Below, piece after piece: positions 13,401 to 24,798 of a stretch of 64,000 bases of DNA. A program made the position numbers and the translations under genes. The notes under the pieces were generated by a model. It saw nothing but the letters and a program-made list of their open reading frames with translations, was not told where the DNA came from and made no database searches. Position 1 is the stretch's first letter. Each line of letters opens with the position of its first letter. The stretch comes from Azolla caroliniana (lineage: Eukaryota > Plantae > Polypodiophyta), in contig JBHGNT010000005.1 of the NCBI GenBank assembly GCA_043228905.1, forward strand, positions 1,798,001-1,862,000, in the 5' to 3' direction.

Positions 13401-14607
13401 GCTCTACAATTTAGCCGACGGAGACCAAATTCTTCGTAATGGTCGGTACATGCAAGACATTTTTAATGTAATTTTGTTTATCTTCTTTTCCGAACGGAAC
13501 ATTGCCGATGTGCCGAACAGTGTCGTCTCCGGTTTCGACATAACCGGGTCAATCCGGCTCTCGAAGTTCTCGGAACCATTCTTGATGCGATGTCATATGA
13601 TTCGAGGCACCGGAATCAACGAACCATACGTCTTCCGGACCGGAGGCACTAGTTGAGGTAGAGGCCGACATAGAGTTTGCTCTATGTTTTATCATGAACA
13701 TTCCACCACGGTCAGAGTTGTGTGCATACATTCCGCCACGATCTTCATAGTCGGAGTTGTGCCTGTACATGCCGCCACGATCTTCGTAGTCGGAGTTGTG
13801 CGCGTAATTCGTGAGTTGTCGGCTTGTGGAAACCGTTTCGCGCATCTTCTTTTGGCACTCTTCTTCGTGGTGGCAGAGCTTTCCGCAATATCCGCATTCG
13901 GTTGTGTTTTGACGGCTCAAGCCGGAGTGGAAGCTCCCCATTCTTGCGAAGGTTCCTCGTTGGCTACCGTTTTACGACCAAAATTGGGAGTTGTTGTCGT
14001 AGGTCGGACCTCGTCCGCCTTGTCCTTGGCTGAATCGGCCTCTCGCTCGTCCGCGTCCTCTTCCTCCATTCGAGTGTGTGTAGAGCATGTGGCCTTCCGA
14101 CTCATTGCTCATTGTACACACGTGGTTTTCTTCGACCAATAGCATTGATTGGAGCTCGAAGAAGGAGGGAGATTTCTCCCTTGCTAGAATGGCAGTTCAC
14201 ATCGCGCTAAACCGTGGTGCGAGGCCGCCAAGGTATATTTGCACCATCTCATCATCATCGATACTTACACTTATTGAGCCAAGTGAGTCGCAAAGTTCCT
14301 TGATCTTCAAGGTGTATGTCGTGATGGACATGTCCCTTTGTTGAATGTTGTTCAACTCTTGGCGGAGTTGAAGCTTCCTCGCGATCATGTTGGCAGCGAA
14401 AATCTTTCATAGATTTTACCACGCTTCCTTCGGCGTCTTGGCTTCTCGAATGTAACCGAGCATGTGGTCGTGAACACATGTCGCCAAACAATACATCACG
14501 TGGCTTGTGGCTTGCGGCTTGGTCCCATGTCGCGTATCCAGGAGCCGTGTCGATGGGTCAGTCTTCATGTGCTCCTTTGATGTAGCTCCAATAGCCTTGT
14601 CCGACAA
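10419..14607 (-). pseudogene. Copia gag-pol polyprotein, fragmented
   Basis: ORF pieces 14416-14607, 14197-14388, 13549-13941, 12010-13290 (integrase), 11626-11991 and 10810-11613 (RT), 10419-10761 (RNaseH) lie in different frames. Confidence 0.9.
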
Positions 14608-14854
14608 GGTATTGGTGCATCTTGTACTCCCAAGATGCGAAGTTGTTTCGATCCAACTTCTCGGTAGGGAGAGCGCTCCCCATTTGAGTATTCATTATGT
14701 CGATTCTTCTTCTTCTTCTTCTCTCTTCGAATGCGACCTATGTAGCGAAGCTACGATAGCGATGAGCCGGTTCTTGGTCGTCGGCGTGGAGCACAACACA
14801 CGATCATGATGAGGCGAATGGGCTAGATCGAACTACCAAATCGCTCTGATACCA

Positions 14855-15248
14855 TGTGAAGAATCGGATATGATTCTTGTGAAGTAGAAGAGATATGAGT
14901 TATGTGTGTGTATGAGAGAGAGAGTGAGAGAGTGAGAGAGACAAGGAATAAGACACAGAGAATACGCAAGGTAAGAGTGTATTAACAAAGGAGAAAGACT
15001 CAACTACAATACAAGGTGGGAGGAGGGTGCTTTATATAGTCACCCTCTCTCTTGATTAACTACAAGACTCATGGAGCATGGGGAATGTGAAAGCTCATAA
15101 GTTATGTGTCATAGAATATGATTCTATGACTCATACTAAATGCTAGAATACAAAGAGGTGACATAATGGTGACTCTTGACCGTTTGAGTGTCTATTCACT
15201 CTCAAGGTGAGTTCACACACTAGACCAAGTTGAGCTTGATTCTCAACA
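14855..15248 (-). repeat. Copia 5' LTR
   Basis: Adjacent to the tRNA-Met PBS; pairs with 9749-10142. Confidence 0.95.
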
Positions 15249-15374
15249 GTAATTAACTTACCCTTGTGGTAAGTTGTTACACTACAAACACTGCAACCTT
15301 GGGTTTGAAACCCAAATTTCTCACCTCTATTATATATTGCATGCATTATATCTCTTAATTCATTAGATGCCACT

Positions 15375-15455
15375 GTGGAACGTAGGGGTTGAACCCATGA
15401 CGTTGGTCCTAGTCTCCATTGGGTAAAACACTACTTCCAATGAGTGTCACAATGG
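15375..15455 (-). mobile_element. tRNA-derived SINE-like fragment
   Basis: Minus strand reads ...ccaatggagacta...gtcatgggttcaacccc (B box-like); this core is shared with 61400-61474. Confidence 0.45.
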
Positions 15456-15599
15456 AGTATGATCACCCATTAACTACACTACATGGGTAGTGGAACATGT
15501 TGAATTGCCAATAAGCAAGACGAACACTCAACTAATGAAAAAATTTCCACTTGCTCCAATAAAAGAAAAATTATTGCCACATTAGTACTCCCTTCAACT

Positions 15600-17674
15600 T
15601 TCGTAGATATGATTTCACTCCATGCCAACCATCAAATACAAAAGCATTGTGCACATTGCATACCCCAATTATGATGCAATCCCCAATATCTGAGAAATAG
15701 AAAAACGATCATCTCCATCTCTGATTTTGGGTCAACTTTTTGTAAATTGTACAAACACCCATTGTCTAGGCGTCAAATAACCCCCAAATAACACCATGAT
15801 AAAGCTTGCCAAATTTGAGAAATGTAACTCCAAATCTGACAAGCAATCGGACATTGTATAAAACGATGAATACTATTTTCCATTTGAACAGTGCAAATGA
15901 AGTGATTACCCATTGCTAGTCCACAACGATTTAGAGTTAATCCTAGAGGCAATCCTCCAATCAAAACTCTCCAAATGAAGACCTTTGCTACAAGTGGCAA
16001 TTTAGAATGTCAACTACGTTTTAAGATCTGCCATCACCTATAATCAGATTTGTGTATTTTCCATTCTTCTTCATCCTTAGATGGCAGCCATCCAAGAGAA
16101 TCCACAGACAATAATACAAAAGATTAGTAACCACTTGCAACAACGATGTCTGACCCCATAAACACCAATCAATCCCCGGTTGTTCTCCTGTTTGTCGGGG
16201 TAAAGGACCTTGCATCAATGCAATATTTTGTAGTTGTTGCCAGAAAAACCCATAATTAAGCGGGATGTGTAATAATTGTCACGCTTCGACAAACTTCAAA
16301 ATTCTTTGAGATGGAGCCTCAACTATATCTCTCACCTCTTTGACCCCCAAATGAAATAAACGATTAAACTGAGAGTGCAATATCTCCTTTCCTAGCCAAC
16401 ATAATAACCGAGAAGACACAATAACTCTTTTTGCAAATAATTACAATGCTCTCTACTAGTTGATGGTTTCCATATACATAACAAGAGGGTTTCTTGCCCT
16501 GAGATAACCAAGTGTTGAACACATAAAGAGCCCGGAATCTTAAGTGAAATACATCCATTCAACAATTGACACCATGAAGCCTTAATCGTTGTCCTCCCAT
16601 GTGGTAAACCCTTGTTCTCAATGAAATATTGAACAATAGATATCCATGGTGGTGAGTTCAAACACTCATAATAATGAACATCTACGACCCATATATGCAT
16701 AGATAACTCCAATATTCTAGCTTCCCCCAAGCATTTAGGGGTTGCTAGATGATTCCACGCAACTCATGTGATGCCCATCTTATCCTTCTTCTTCCACAAC
16801 AAATATCAAAGAGGTTGCAAAACAGAATGCAAAGCCTTGTTTGTCCATGGCATGACAACAATGGCAAGTAATATAATATCACGAGTTTCATAATACATTG
16901 TACAACCTTCAAGCATACATGAAATGGCCAAGATTGTGACTTCCAATACATGAACGTATCCCTAACCTTACTAGACATCCATTCAATCAATTGACCATTT
17001 GTAACATTCATTCCCAATGGATACCCCAAGTGTCGAAAAATAGAGCCTTTCTTCACTATGGATCCTTGTCATCCTAAACATTCCAAATCCCTTTCTTTAC
17101 ATGATATGAGACTAGAGTTCCTCCAATTAATATGTAATCCGGAAGTGAATGCAAATTGGTTCCATACAAGCATCCCCTTCTCAAGATTCTCTTGTGCGGC
17201 TTGTAGACACATGAAAGAATCATCTACTAAAGCTTGTGCTACTAGTTGCCCTCAAGACAGAAGGTGTAGACCCCTAATGTCACCATTTGTTGCAAGCCTT
17301 GATAACATCAATAACAAGGGATGAGCAATAATAGCAATCAACAATGGGTTAAGTGGGCATCCTTGACAAACAGGTCTTGAGAGCAATATCTGATGTAACT
17401 TCCCCCATTAAGCATTACTCGAGACACGTCATCTTGTCCTAAAAATATGAGGCAAGACATACGTAGTCCAAAGCCCATTTTATGCATTAACCTAGAAACA
17501 AAGAACCAATTAACATGATGATAAGATTTCTCCAAATCTAATTGCACCATAATCAATTATTGATGAGTGTTACATGCATAATCCATGGCCATTTGAACAT
17601 TCAACACATTATGCAATATATTCCTACCTGCAATAAAACCATATTGTGCGGGATGTATCAACTTTGGCAAATAC

Positions 17675-17676
<2 letters not shown>
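15600..17676 (-). mobile_element. Degraded LINE (L1-like) ORF2: RT and zf-RVT fragments
   Basis: LPKLIHPAQYGFIAGRNILHNVL, QLDLEKSY, FRHLGYPLG, KVFIWRVLIGGLPLG...ENSIHRFIQCPIA across frameshifted ORFs; boundaries approximate. Confidence 0.85.

Positions 17677-17749
<73 letters not shown>
17677..17749. repeat. (CT)n microsatellite
   Basis: Pure CT dinucleotide run of about 73 bp. Confidence 0.98.
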
Positions 17750-17754
<5 letters not shown>

Positions 17755-17849
17755 TCATATTTTACCTCCAAAGATGATAAGGAAATCTATCTATCTCTCC
17801 TCACCTAGTGTTCTAAATTTCATTATTGGACCTTATTGTTTTAATTCTA

Positions 17850-18130
17850 GAATAGATATAGTGGTTTTGCTTCTTGTTCACTTGTTGAAGAACCAAAGTT
17901 TGAAGCCAAAGTAACAATGGACTCCAAGATAATGTGTGAATGTAATTATACTACCTCATTGATTATGAGGTTATACATCTAGATATGGGACTTGGAACAC
18001 TTAGAGAATTTAAATGATGCCCATGGTCATATAGCAAAATTTTATCATCGGTATCCTAGTAAACCAAGTTCCAATTTGTGCATTGCACTTGTTGAAATTG
18101 TCTTTAAAGAATGGGAGTGGTGTCATATAT
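17850..18130 (+). mobile_element. Remnant 3' end of a chromovirus-type Ty3/gypsy integrase (chromodomain) with PPT
   Basis: Frameshifted YYLIDYE.Y.....W...ENLNDAHGHIAKFYHRYPSKP chromodomain-like peptide, then purine-rich aaagaatgggagtgg followed by TG at 18121. Confidence 0.6.
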
Positions 18131-21100
18131 CTACAAAACATTATGGGTTTTGGGCGACTTCAATCCATGACATCGTCAATTTGACATTATATGTTGTGGT
18201 TATCATAATGCATTATGTGATAGTAATGCACAATCACAAAGTGGCAAGTATGCATCATAGCTTGGTGACAACCTTGAATAAGACAAAGAGCACAAGAACT
18301 ACAACTATTTGATCTTTGCAGAAGTTTAAGAATTCCATTGCCATAATGAATGATGTTGTGCCAAGTCAAATTCACTATAGGTGTAAGGGAATGTTTGAAT
18401 AGGATCAAGAGGCAGATGTATGCATCATAAAAGATAAGACAAAGAAGTTATTACCAATATCAATGGAGCTTGTGCCTTTATTGATTAATAAGCTAGGGGA
18501 ATTGGAGAGTAACTAGCAAATGAGTGGAAATTCTCCAACTTCTCATGTAATGAGCAAGGATTTACGACAACCAACTTGGACAAAATGAAAAGGCATTGGT
18601 TCATCAACACATTACAAAGGAGGCAACAAGATATTACGATCCTTTCCAATAGTTATTGAGAAAGTGATTCATTTCTCCACTACCAAGAAAATAATATTGT
18701 GTAGGCTCACAACACAATAGAGGAAGCTAAGGAGTGGCAAAGGCAAGCTTGGCCATGATGATACTAGTGGATTGGCCCTAGTTATTGCGTCCATGGAGAG
18801 GGGGGGAGGTTGGGTTATGGACCTCCTCGCTCCAGTTTTAGACATTGAAGTGATGGCAACGCCAAGGCTAGAGACAATTAAGGCAATGTAAAACCTACCC
18901 AACTAAGTGAATGGAATGCGCCATCCATATTTGTACTCAATGCCATGTGTCTTATCAAGATTTATACTCAATAGTCAAAGAGAACATGGTTCAAAAGAAG
19001 CACAAACATGATTGAAACAACATTTTCTATTACAAGTCTACCCTTGAGTATAAATTTAGCAACAAAAAATGGTTCATCTCCTTAATACATCATCATCTCT
19101 TTGTCTTTACCATATCTTGCTTTCCCAAAGTACACATGCAAGTTCTTCACTTATAGATACAAATCAAACCAACTTAGAGGATAATGTCCTCTACTTTGTT
19201 TTTCGGTTTTGTGTTTATTTGATTTTGTATATGTGTACAGTGTGCATACTTAACCAAGTTCACCATCATGCTTACTATATTCTAAGACTTAAATAATGAA
19301 CCTTTGTTGTTTTATTAGCAATTGTGTTCTACATAAAGTGGTGATGTCACTACCAAATACAAAGGCTTGGGTATCGGATACACTTACAAGGTTTGTATTA
19401 TTCTTTAGCTTGCTAAGCCACCTTACATATACATATCAAGAATATTTCCAACCTTATCTTTAAATAAGTAATGTGTTCGTGAATCACTACATTGAATGCA
19501 AAGAATCAAAATTAGGAGTGGGATATAGAGAAGGAGAAGAAAATGTTAATTATGTTGCAATTTTCTTTGTAATACTGGACTATTTTGTATATTGCCTTTG
19601 GCCACTTTATGTTAATACCAATGGAGGATATTTTTATGGGAAAATCAAAAAGAAGGAGAAGAAAATGAATAGTAGGAACCATGAAAAAGTGAACTAAGAT
19701 CTCCGTCCCCACATCCATGCTTTTTGAGAGAGAAGTTTGGGGTTGGCTTTTTAGCCTTGATCATCACATTAGATCATGTTGTTAAGTTTTGTCTTGTTTG
19801 AATGTTCATGTAATGATTTACACTTTTAACTCTCCTCCAAGCTTTTATGCCATATTTTCTTGTCCTTACTTCTTGTTTGAATACATATCCCTGACATGTT
19901 GTGATCACTTCCATCATTTAAGTTTTTAACATTTTGTGTGTTTCTCTTTCATGTACCATGTAATAATGATTTTTTTTCTTTAGTGAGTTGCTGATTTTCT
20001 ATCCATCTCTATGGCACTAATCCTTTATTGATTTTTCTATCTTCTTCGCGCATAAGCTCATGCATATGAAGCTTTGACATTTGTTTCACCGTGTTAAATA
20101 TTGAATAACAAGCTCACAAGATTGGGGTAAGAAATTATTGCCATTATGTATAGTCTTGGGCATTGTTCCTATCTACAACACTCTTTTCCTAATCATATTC
20201 ATTAATTGGTTGTTAATCTCCCAACACATGTAGAACATTGGATAAGTGTGATGAGTTCACAGAAGAATCTTGAGCATATGTTATGTCCTAATAAAGATAC
20301 TTGAAATGATGCGAGAATGAATGTGTGCATAGCACAACTAGCTATTTTTATTTACTTATAATCTCTAAAGTTGAAAACTAGAACAACCTTTAGTAATTTA
20401 GTAAGCATGCTCTTATGGTGGGTTTGCAATTATCACATGCAAGATGCATGCATTTTTGTACATCGCAAGGGCTATATTAATTCCAAGGCACTTTGCTTTA
20501 TTTTTTGAGATTGATGCATATAAATACATATTTGAGGGAGGCACGCATGTCAACCTAGAGAGAGGGATCTAGCCTCGAGTGATGAAGTTAAAATATTTGA
20601 TCATTTTCAACATTTGTTATGTTTATTTATAATCATATATCATGGGTCTGCTCCCAAGCCCGAGTAGTGATCACTAACTAGATTCTCCCGCACACTTGCA
20701 AGGTCATCATCATATGACTTTCAAACCCCGACTATCTAAATCGTGCACTATTATACAATGTTTGCTTGTGATGCCTATTATATAACTTTGCTTTCATTTT
20801 TGCCTACAAAACATCTACATCTAATTAATTTCTTGATTTAATATAAGCATCTAACTTTCATGAGAGATGACCTTCTTAAGAAAATGTGTCTTGTGTATTT
20901 TTATATCATCATGATCGTCTTTAAAATACAACACAATAATAATTTTAAGGTACTAAAACACACATACTTTCCTCAACCTCACATTTTTTAGAGCCTCATT
21001 AACTAATTTATTCTCATGTGATATTTATCATCGTGCGCATTATGATCTTAACCTTGGAAGCCCACATTTGCAATAAATTAAGTAGCCATTTAGGGATGTG

Positions 21101-21385
21101 AGAAAAAGAAATGAGTTTTATTTTATTTTATTTTTTTGGTATCGAGTTTGCAAAATTACAACAATATGTTCAAGAAGTGTGCGATCAATTTGTGGCAACA
21201 ATAACAATGTATGCCATGTTGGTGATGGTACCCATCCAATGAACCAACCAAGCACAAGCTTTATGAAATCAAGTGACAACGCGAAGATGACAAACTCCTA
21301 GGGCATCATACATTTCAAAGATTAGATATAAATAAAAGAATGCATGGCACTAACACCATGGGAAAAAAGAAGATAACAACTCACC

Positions 21386-24300
21386 CTAGGGCTTGAAGAG
21401 AATAGTGGTGCTTGCAACCAATGAAGTGACAACATATGGGTCCATGTTACTAGCAGGTCGTCTATCTTCAAAGTAACCTATATATATCCAAATTAATTGA
21501 GATTAGTTTAGTTTTACACTAAAAATGAGCAAAGTGTGATCAATTAACTTAACCACCTTTTCCTTCTTTCTCAGTGTCACGACCAACTCGGATAGAGGCT
21601 CCACGGTTAGCAACACCCTAATCAAATTCACACAATGTTAAGAGTTAGAACTCCAACAATGTGGCTAGTATATAAATACATTCAACAATTTTCTCGGTTA
21701 TTAATACTAAGTGAAAATATGTATAATAGTCACCCATGAGAAAGTGTTGATATCGGCAGTTTCATGATGACCCGTAAGCCTTCGTTCGTTTCCTTCACCA
21801 TAAGCCGCAATGTGCTCCTTGTGCTTCAATCCCAGCTTCTCTATTGCCTTCTTGATCACCGCATAACCACCTTCCTTGCGCATGGAAAGTGTACTACAAA
21901 AGTCCCGACAAAAATGTCATGATTCCTTATTTGTGGTCGATTCAACAGATTATAAGCAGAGTACCTTGAATCCTTACCTATAGTTGGTGTGGCATCCAGC
22001 ACCATTCCAATCACCCTAGCCATAAAATAAAGCATAACATAAGATTATAAGGGATAGTCTCTAGGTGAGCAATTGAAATTTCAATCTAGAACGTGCTAGA
22101 GATTCACTCACTTGGATTGGCTTGGGGTCTAATGATAGCACCACTCCTGCAAGCTCCGTGATACGCTGTCAATATCGAGCTCGAATTTAGTCAACAAAAT
22201 CATGAAAAGAAATCATGAGTTTGCATATACACTTATGCACTGTATGTGTTCATCAAGTGTCATATATGATCCTATGTCCTTTCACCTCCAAAATATATCG
22301 TGCACACCACACTTGATCTGCAGCACTGATTCCCACAGCTGGCCCAACTTGAAATTCCCACTGATTGATAAAAAAAACAACCACTTTGATTGACCTTCCC
22401 ATTGATACATATACATACATACATACAGATATAGATAGATAGATAGATATAGATATAGATATATATAGAAATATATATTCATATAAGACAATCCTCCATA
22501 TTGATTATATTCATATATAGCAATACATATATAATCAATCTCATTCTACCTGTCCTGGCATCACCTCCCCGTTGATACCCGAGATTTGTATGCCGGCATA
22601 GAGGCAAGCCTTGTAATGAGCATCGACAATCGATCGGCCCCATGCCTTATCTGCTCCAACTCCACAATAGTAAGGACCCTGTGAAAGAATTGGCTTTTAC
22701 TTATCAATTAAAACAATTGTAACTGATCCAAAACTCAAAATATTAAATAATCGTAACAAATTAAAAAAAAAAAACATTAGATCTAGACCCATTAAACCCG
22801 AATAGTAAATGAGCAGAGAAAAAATAAATATGCATTAGCCAGTAAACTAGAAAAACCTCAATGCATTTCTTCGAACATTACCTGGGGTCCAGGGAAGCCC
22901 CCGACGGGCCATCCGAGGGGCCATTTAACATCCTTCTGAAGGAGCGTGTACTCTTGCTCAATACCATACCTTACAAGATTCAATAAGATAATTTACATTA
23001 GCATCTTTGCCATGTTAGTCTATATGACCAACATTCTTAGAATGTTTCGAGCACATATATACATATAATTATTTATGGTGCACATTTATGCATATTCTAG
23101 GTCTATAAGTAGCAGTAGTATATGTACCAGGGGATCTCATCCTTGACTGCCTTATTGTCAAATATCTTGGCTGCAGCATGACGCTTGTTGGTCGGGATCG
23201 GCTCTCCAGCAGGTGTGTAGCAATCACAAATTACCTGTAACAATTGAGATCCATCTTTTATCATTCACTACATAAATCTAGATATTAGATACCGGCTACT
23301 TCCCACTTGCTTCATGGGAGAGGCATGTGAGTGTGTGTTTGGCTATATATCTCATATGTATATGTAGAGAGAAGGATATATGTATCATACAAGGATGTTG
23401 TCTCCTCGACGGAAGGGGTCCTTGTAGATAGCTTGAGGGCTGGCGTAAAAAAACACCAAGAAAATCGCACTTAGTTATGTATCTATGTTATACATACTAC
23501 ATCGTGCCTAGAAATGACAATAATGTTAGATCTAACTAATTAATCTAGGAAAGACTTGACGAAGTAGATACATTGATACAAACATGTATGTCATTTCGAA
23601 TCTCGCAAAGACAATGAGTAGACATACATACAAATACATACTTACAAGTTACATACGTACATACATACGTACATACATACGTACATACATATGTGCATGC
23701 ATGCCTACATACATGCATACATACATACAAATACATACCCACATACACACATACATACATAAGAAGGAGAAGCAAATTACTATAGAATGACTTCACTGTC
23801 TTGGCCAGGGGCTTGGCCTGTGCTAGATCCATCATAATTCCACTTGGGTAGATCTTGGGGGCCCTTGATAGGTGCCTTCAATGTCTGATAAAAATTTTAA
23901 CAAAATAATAATAATAAGTAAATAAATAAATCTCTTACTTTCTTTAGAGAATTTAAATAAATAATAGAAACTATTAGCTTGATGAACAAGAAGAACAGAA
24001 ATCAAACCCAAGAACTACATGAAGGATAGGATAGGGAACTTACCCTGGCCTTGCTCCTCAGATCCAGGCCAGATCCACCAATCCTACACAATAAAATCAT
24101 TCAATTATATTCAAGACAAGAAAATGGAGACAAATGAAAGAATAACTAAACCAAAAACCCTAACTGTAAGTAACCCTAATCCATAGACCACATCCACCAA
24201 CCTTACAATATCATTCCTCAATTCAGTTCAAGAACATGGGGCAGAAGGAATCATTACACCCCAATTCGAACTCTGAACATTAGGCCCTAACCATTACCCT

Positions 24301-24798
24301 AACTCTAACCCTAGAAGAGATCCACCACCCTACAATGCCATTCATCATTTGAGTTGGAAAACAGGGAACCATTGAACTCTAAAAATCTAACGTTGGCCCA
24401 AACCATGACCCCCTGTCCAGAAAACTTTAATTTCAACTGTCACTTCGGCTGAAGAACGTGACAAAAAAGGGAACCGTTAAACCCTATAACTAACAACAGT
24501 AACCCTAAGCATTAAAAGCCGACCTTAGCTCAATTCAACGATCCTGCTGAATATAATTCCCTGTTAATCACCTGGGAAAGAGGGATGCGTTAAATCATCC
24601 CTAATCCTAGAATTATAACGTAAACCCTAACTACAACCATGGTTCTAATCTGAATCCTGACCCTAAAACCACATGGAACTGAATTAGTGAGCGAAGAAGA
24701 TAGATAGATAGATAGAACTACCAGATGTATTCAGCAATGATGTATCCTGTAGGAGTGATGTCTAGGTTGAGGAGATCATCGATAATGCTGATCGACAT
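21386..24798 (-). CDS. GLN1: Cytosolic glutamine synthetase GS1, 357 aa, 13 exons
   Basis: GT-AG exons 24798-24722, 24083-24044, 23884-23781, 23439-23391, 23234-23128, 22969-22882, 22678-22550, 22360-22286, 22165-22112, 22015-21978, 21893-21734, 21617-21557, 21477-21386 sum to 1074 nt. Motifs [60 protein letters not shown]; no transit peptide. Absent from the ORF track because the exons are short. Confidence 0.97.
23625..23760. repeat. (ATAC)n-type intronic microsatellite
   Basis: acatacatac(gt) repeats in GS1 intron 3. Confidence 0.9.

Larger units (their letters stand above)
9749..15248 (-). mobile_element. Full-length Ty1/copia LTR retrotransposon, coding region disrupted
   Basis: 394-bp LTRs at 14855-15248 (5') and 9749-10142 (3'), TG...CA ends, TSD GTAAT (9744-9748 and 15249-15253), PBS TGGTATCAGAGC (tRNA-iMet) at 14843-14854, PPT next to the 3' LTR. 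Domain order gag (CCHC), protease (WFVDSGAS), integrase (HSDVWGP, LRSDGGKE), RT (YVDD), RNaseH (RTKHIEVHYHFIRE), split by stops and frameshifts. Confidence 0.97.

Noticed and set aside
10621-14809. Many plus-strand ORFs overlapping the copia element
   Set aside because: Antisense shadows of GC-rich gag-pol
17542-17808. ORFs with poly-LS / poly-ER
   Set aside because: Translations of the (CT)n microsatellite; only the LINE part is real
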